DNA from: Alphaproteobacteria bacterium | GTDB lineage: Bacteria > Pseudomonadota > Alphaproteobacteria > GCA-2731375 | DNA: 64,000 bases | Assembly: GCA_965225945.1 (NCBI GenBank) | Contig: CBDDBZ010000025.1 | Coordinates: 103,994-167,993, forward strand | Reading direction: 5' to 3' | Part shown: in pieces, positions 60,426-64,000 of the stretch | Layout: each line of letters begins with the position of its first letter | Numbering within the stretch: position 1 is the first letter of the stretch | The notes under the pieces: model-generated | Seen by the model: the letters and a program-made list of their open reading frames with translations, nothing else | What the model was told of the DNA's origin: nothing | Databases searched by the model: none | Program-made: the position numbers and the translations under genes

Positions 60426-60540
60426 GGTCTCCCAACCCAAATATCCCGGATGCGTTTGCAATCAGCAATCTAAAATTTAAACCGGGATACCCCAGACGAC
60501 TGCCAATCGCCGACAACAGTAGCACAATGGGCATCCGGCT

Positions 60541-60639
60541 CTGAATCCGGCTCAGCATGGCGCTCAGCGAGACTGGCCGGAGCTCCAAGCGGCCCTCGAC
60601 TACGCGCGCGAGGGCGATGCCCTCGTGGGACGGCGGCTT
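60541..60639 (+). pseudogene. Serine resolvase/invertase remnant
   Basis: Translates LNPAQHGAQRDWPELQAALDYAREGDALVGRRL, matching the resolvase segment SG....RPEL...L...R.GD.LVV..LDR; not in the ORF track. Confidence 0.6.
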
Positions 60640-61047
60640 TCGGGGGGTACGGTCCCCGCCGGACCCAAACGTTGGCCTTCGTCGAGCCCACCGTTCACAT
60701 CGCCCCCTTGTCCACCTATGAGGCCCCGAGCGATGCCCGTTGAAGGGCGGTATGGATAATTTGCGCTTGAATCTGTAAATCGCTTCGGGCATCGGAAACT
60801 CCTTTGGTTCGCATTCGCCGGCGCGCAGGGGCCGAATATCGCTTTTGGCATTTTTAGTGGTACGGTTCGCGGCCCTGATGCGGCGGCGGCGACGGATCGA
60901 AGGTTCGTTCTTCGAAAGACCACACTTCGTTATCGTCGATCTGCCCCCCTTCGATGCGATTGAAGCGGCGCTCTTCGATCCAAATACCGAGTTCGGAGGC
61001 GCTCTTTTGTGGAAATCGCGGCCTTCGCGCCTTGAGGAGACGCAGCT

Positions 61048-61944
61048 ATGACGACCGAGCGCGCCCCCGAGTATACCTCCAACCCCCGTGTAATGTTTGA
61101 AATGTCGACGGAGCGCGCAGCACTGAGCGCGCCGGGAGGAAAGCCACTGATCGTCCACGTGCTCTGCGCCCTCGAGCACTGGCGCTTCGACGCCGCCATG
61201 CCCCGCCAGATCATGCCTGCGCCCCACGGAGCCCAGCCGGTGCCAGACGTTCCGAACTGGAGCTGGGCTGAATACGGTATGCGCTGTGGCATGCCGCGGC
61301 TGCTGCGTGCGCTCGGCACGCGCGGGATCCGGGCCGACGCTTGTATCAATGCCGGTGTCCTCGATGCCTATCCATCGGTCGCCGAGGCCGTGCTCGAGGC
61401 AGGCTGGGAATTTCAGGGTCATGGGCTACACCAAGCGGCGATGCCAGACGCCGACGAGGAGGCCCTCATCCGGACAGCTATCGAGAAGCTGAGTGCGTTC
61501 TCGGGGCAACGGATCCGAGGTTGGACGGGGCCGGGATTGAAGCAAAGCTTCGAGACCCCGGAGCATCTGAAGGCGGCCGGCATCGAGTACACTTGCGATT
61601 GGGTGATCGACGATCTGCCCTGCTGGATGCGTACCCTGCACGGGCCCATGGTTTGCGTCCCCTATACCCTGGAGCTCAACGACAGCGTTATCTTCGCGGT
61701 CGAAAAACACAGCTCCTCAGAGCACTACGACCGGCTGTGCCATACCTTGGAGTCTATCGACCGCGAGCTCGAGCAAGGCCCTCGGGTGCTGTCTCTCTCC
61801 CTGCATCACCACCTGAGCGGCGTGCTGCACCGGATCGGCTTCGTCGAGAAGATGCTCGATATCCTGCTGGCCCGTGACGACACGGTGTTCATGACGGGCG
61901 GCGAGATCGTTGATTGGTTCGTTGACGCAGTGCCTCCTGCCTGA
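61048..61944 (+). CDS. Polysaccharide deacetylase family protein (PuuE-like)
   Basis: PDVPNWSWAEYGMRCG, WEF.GHG, GW.GPGL, DW..DDLP, PYTLELND. Confidence 0.88.
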   Translation: MTTERAPEYTSNPRVMFEMSTERAALSAPGGKPLIVHVLCALEHWRFDAAMPRQIMPAPHGAQPVPDVPNWSWAEYGMRCGMPRLLRALGTRGIRADACINAGVLDAYPSVAEAVLEAGWEFQGHGLHQAAMPDADEEALIRTAIEKLSAFSGQRIRGWTGPGLKQSFETPEHLKAAGIEYTCDWVIDDLPCWMRTLHGPMVCVPYTLELNDSVIFAVEKHSSSEHYDRLCHTLESIDRELEQGPRVLSLSLHHHLSGVLHRIGFVEKMLDILLARDDTVFMTGGEIVDWFVDAVPPA

Positions 61945-62068
61945 TCGCGGAGCATCGCAAGATCGGCGGGACGCGCAATCGCCCGGCCACCCGCCGCGCC
62001 AGCCGCTTATCGGACCCGGAAAAAGCTGGACCGGAGGCGCGGACGGCTCCTCGAGATCGGACGTCGCG

Positions 62069-63497
62069 CTAATCCGCGCACACTTGCGGGCGCCGGCCGG
62101 CCCACGGCTTCGCGGCCTCGAGCTGCGCGGCGAGGGCAAGCAGCGGCCATTCCTCGCCGTAGCGGGCGACGAAGTGGAGGCCGACCGGCAGCCCCTCGGA
62201 GGTCCAATGCAGCGGCAGCGAAACGGCGGGTTGCCCGCTCGCATTACTGATGTAGGTATAGGGCGAGAATCGCGCCATCCGCCGGCGCAGCTCGATGGGA
62301 TCGTCGCGATAGACGAGGCTGCCCAGCGGCACCGGCGGCTGGCCAAGCGTGGTGGTTAGCCACAAATCGTGGTCGGTGAAGAATCCACTCAACGATCGGA
62401 TTTGGCGCTGAACATCCTGCAGGGCAAGCAGATAGTCGGCGGCGCTCAAGCTCTCGGCCCGCTTGGCGAAGGCCCAGACGAAGGGCTCGAAGTCCGCCTC
62501 GGATGGGGTGCGTCCGATGCGCCGCGACCAGTCAGCGATCGCCCACGCGACGCCGGCCGAGAGCAGGGTGGTAAACTTCTGCCAGAGTTCGGGCGCATCG
62601 AAACTCGGGCTGGCCTCAACGACCTCGTGGCCCAGGGATTCGCACAGCGCCGCGGTCTCCCCGATCGCCTCCACGCAGACCGGATCCAGCGGATCGCCGA
62701 GAGGGGTCTCCGTCGAGAAGCCGATGCGCAGAGCTCCCGGGTCGGCGCCGACCGCTTGCGCGAAGGGGCGCGCCGGTGACGGCGCGACATAGGGCTCGCC
62801 GACGGCGGGACCCGCCACGGCATCCAGGAGCCTGGCACAATCGCGCACCGTGCGCGTCAGCGCGTGCTCCACGAAGAATCCTGCCAGCAGGTCGCCATAG
62901 TGAGGCGCAAGCGAGTTTCGGCCTCGGCTGGGCTTCAGGCCTACCAGCCCGCAACACGAGGCCGGGATCCGGATCGAGCCGCCGACGTCGTTGCCGTGCG
63001 CCATCGCCACCACCCGGGCGGAGACCGCAGCCGCGGCACCACCGCTGGATCCGCCGGTCGTGAGGGCCGGATCCCAAGGATTGCGGGCCACGCCGAACAG
63101 CCTCGGCTCGGTGGTGGTTCCGATAGCGAATTCGGGCAGGTTGGTTTTTCCGATGGTGATGAGCCCGGCGCAGCGGAACCGCGTGTAGAGCTCACTGTCT
63201 TCCCTCGGTACATGGTCCTCGAGAAACCTGCTTCCCTCGGTAAAGCGCACCCCCGCGACCTCCGCCCCGTAGTCCTTCATCAAAAACGGTTACCCCGGCA
63301 AAGGGGCCGTCGCCGGCAGACTGGCGCGCTTCGTCACGGGCGCGATCAAACATCTCGGTAACCACCGCGTTGAGGGCGCCGTTGACCTGCTCACAGCGGC
63401 GGATTGCCTCATCGACCAACTCCAACGGACTGACCTCTCCGAGCCGCACCAATCTCGCCAAGGCGGTTGCATCCAGATCACCATAGCTTTGCTTCAT
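62069..63497 (-). pseudogene. Amidase signature family enzyme with +1 frameshift near 63290
   Basis: N-terminal DATALA.LVR.GEVSPLEL...GPFAGV and downstream KD...GKTN.PE, GGSSGG, GGSIRIPAS are in different frames; GTA A CCG TTT TTG has one extra A. Confidence 0.85.
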
Positions 63498-63564
63498 CGG
63501 ACTGGACTCCTCAAGAACTTGGTTGGCTTTCCCACAGCCTGGACCGGAAACAGACATTAAAAAA

Positions 63565-64000
63565 GGCTCAATTCGTGAATTGTATGCATTAGTGATAGAG
63601 TGCCTGCAACGTCAGGAGGTTGGGTTATGGACGGCAAGGGTTTCCAGGTGTGGCTTTCGGCGGCGCGCGGGCTGACGCGCGCGCAGCGGCGCGAGGCGCT
63701 CGCGGTGCTGTCGGGCCGGAGCGAGGGCGAGGCATCGAAGGCCGCGATCGAGCTTGGTGTGGACGAGGCCCGGCGCTGTCCGCACTGCGCGAGCGAAGGG
63801 GCGGTTTCGCGCGGTATGGCGCGGGGTCTGCGGCGCTACCAGTGCAAGGGCTGCGGCAGGACCTTCAACGCGCTGAGCGGTACGCCGCTGTCGGGCTTGC
63901 ACCACAAGGAACGCTGGCTGTCGTTCGGGGCGTCGCTGGCGAAGGGGGAGACGGTGAAGGCCTCGGCGGCGCGCTGCGACGTGGCGGTGAGCACGGCGTT
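63565..64000 (+). mobile_element. Second IS1595-family copy (runs off the window end)
   Basis: Same TIR GGCTCAATTCGTGAATTGTATGC; near-identical to 24436-25460 with 2 substitutions seen; A-rich target TTAAAAAA. Confidence 0.95.
63627..64000 (+). CDS. IS1595 family transposase (partial, truncated by window)
   Basis: MDGKGFQVWLSAARG...CPHC...CKGC, as in copy 1. Confidence 0.93.
   Translation, partial: MDGKGFQVWLSAARGLTRAQRREALAVLSGRSEGEASKAAIELGVDEARRCPHCASEGAVSRGMARGLRRYQCKGCGRTFNALSGTPLSGLHHKERWLSFGASLAKGETVKASAARCDVAVSTA

Noticed and set aside
60640-61047. Short ORFs (60845-61051 plus strand; EAIYRFKRK on minus strand resembling an IS1595 C-terminus)
   Set aside because: Similarity too short and weak to support a call

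Overview
GC-rich alphaproteobacterial chromosome segment (Rhodospirillales-like gene order; taxonomy inferred from synteny only). Bases 1-34.8 kb are mostly core genome: hemC/hemD::mic60/hemY, tsaD, uppP, hsp20-DUF1150, rpoN-hpf-ptsN, rnd, tRNA-Leu(CAG), thrS-infC, a gmaS/glnT-type ligase, an NDUFA9-like SDR and tRNA-Ala(CGC). This part also carries a four-gene glycosylation cassette (GT2, small phosphodiesterase-like protein, polytopic GT-C-like membrane protein fused to a phosphoribulokinase-like kinase, HAD phosphatase) next to uppP, and lacks kdsD-lptCAB at their usual site between rnd and rpoN. Downstream of tRNA-Ala is a ~29 kb accessory catabolic region with no recognisable regulator. 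It holds two divergent hydantoinase/oxoprolinase A+B pairs, two class-III aminotransferases, a tandem pair of DSD1/D-threonine-aldolase-like PLP enzymes (one lacking the catalytic Lys and metal ligands), a Liv-type ABC transporter, TauD- and BesD-like Fe/2OG oxygenases, two PuuE-like deacetylases, a homocysteine methyltransferase, a GcvT/DmdA-like protein and a frameshifted amidase. Mobile DNA: two IS1595-family copies, one IS5-family element, and relics of an IS630 transposase and a serine resolvase. No CRISPR array, rRNA, prophage or reverse transcriptase was seen. Best candidates for undescribed systems are the GT-C/PRK glycosylation cassette, the active + pseudo-enzyme PLP pair within the twin-hydantoinase cluster, and the missing lptCAB block. 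All family calls come from motif recognition by eye, not database searches.
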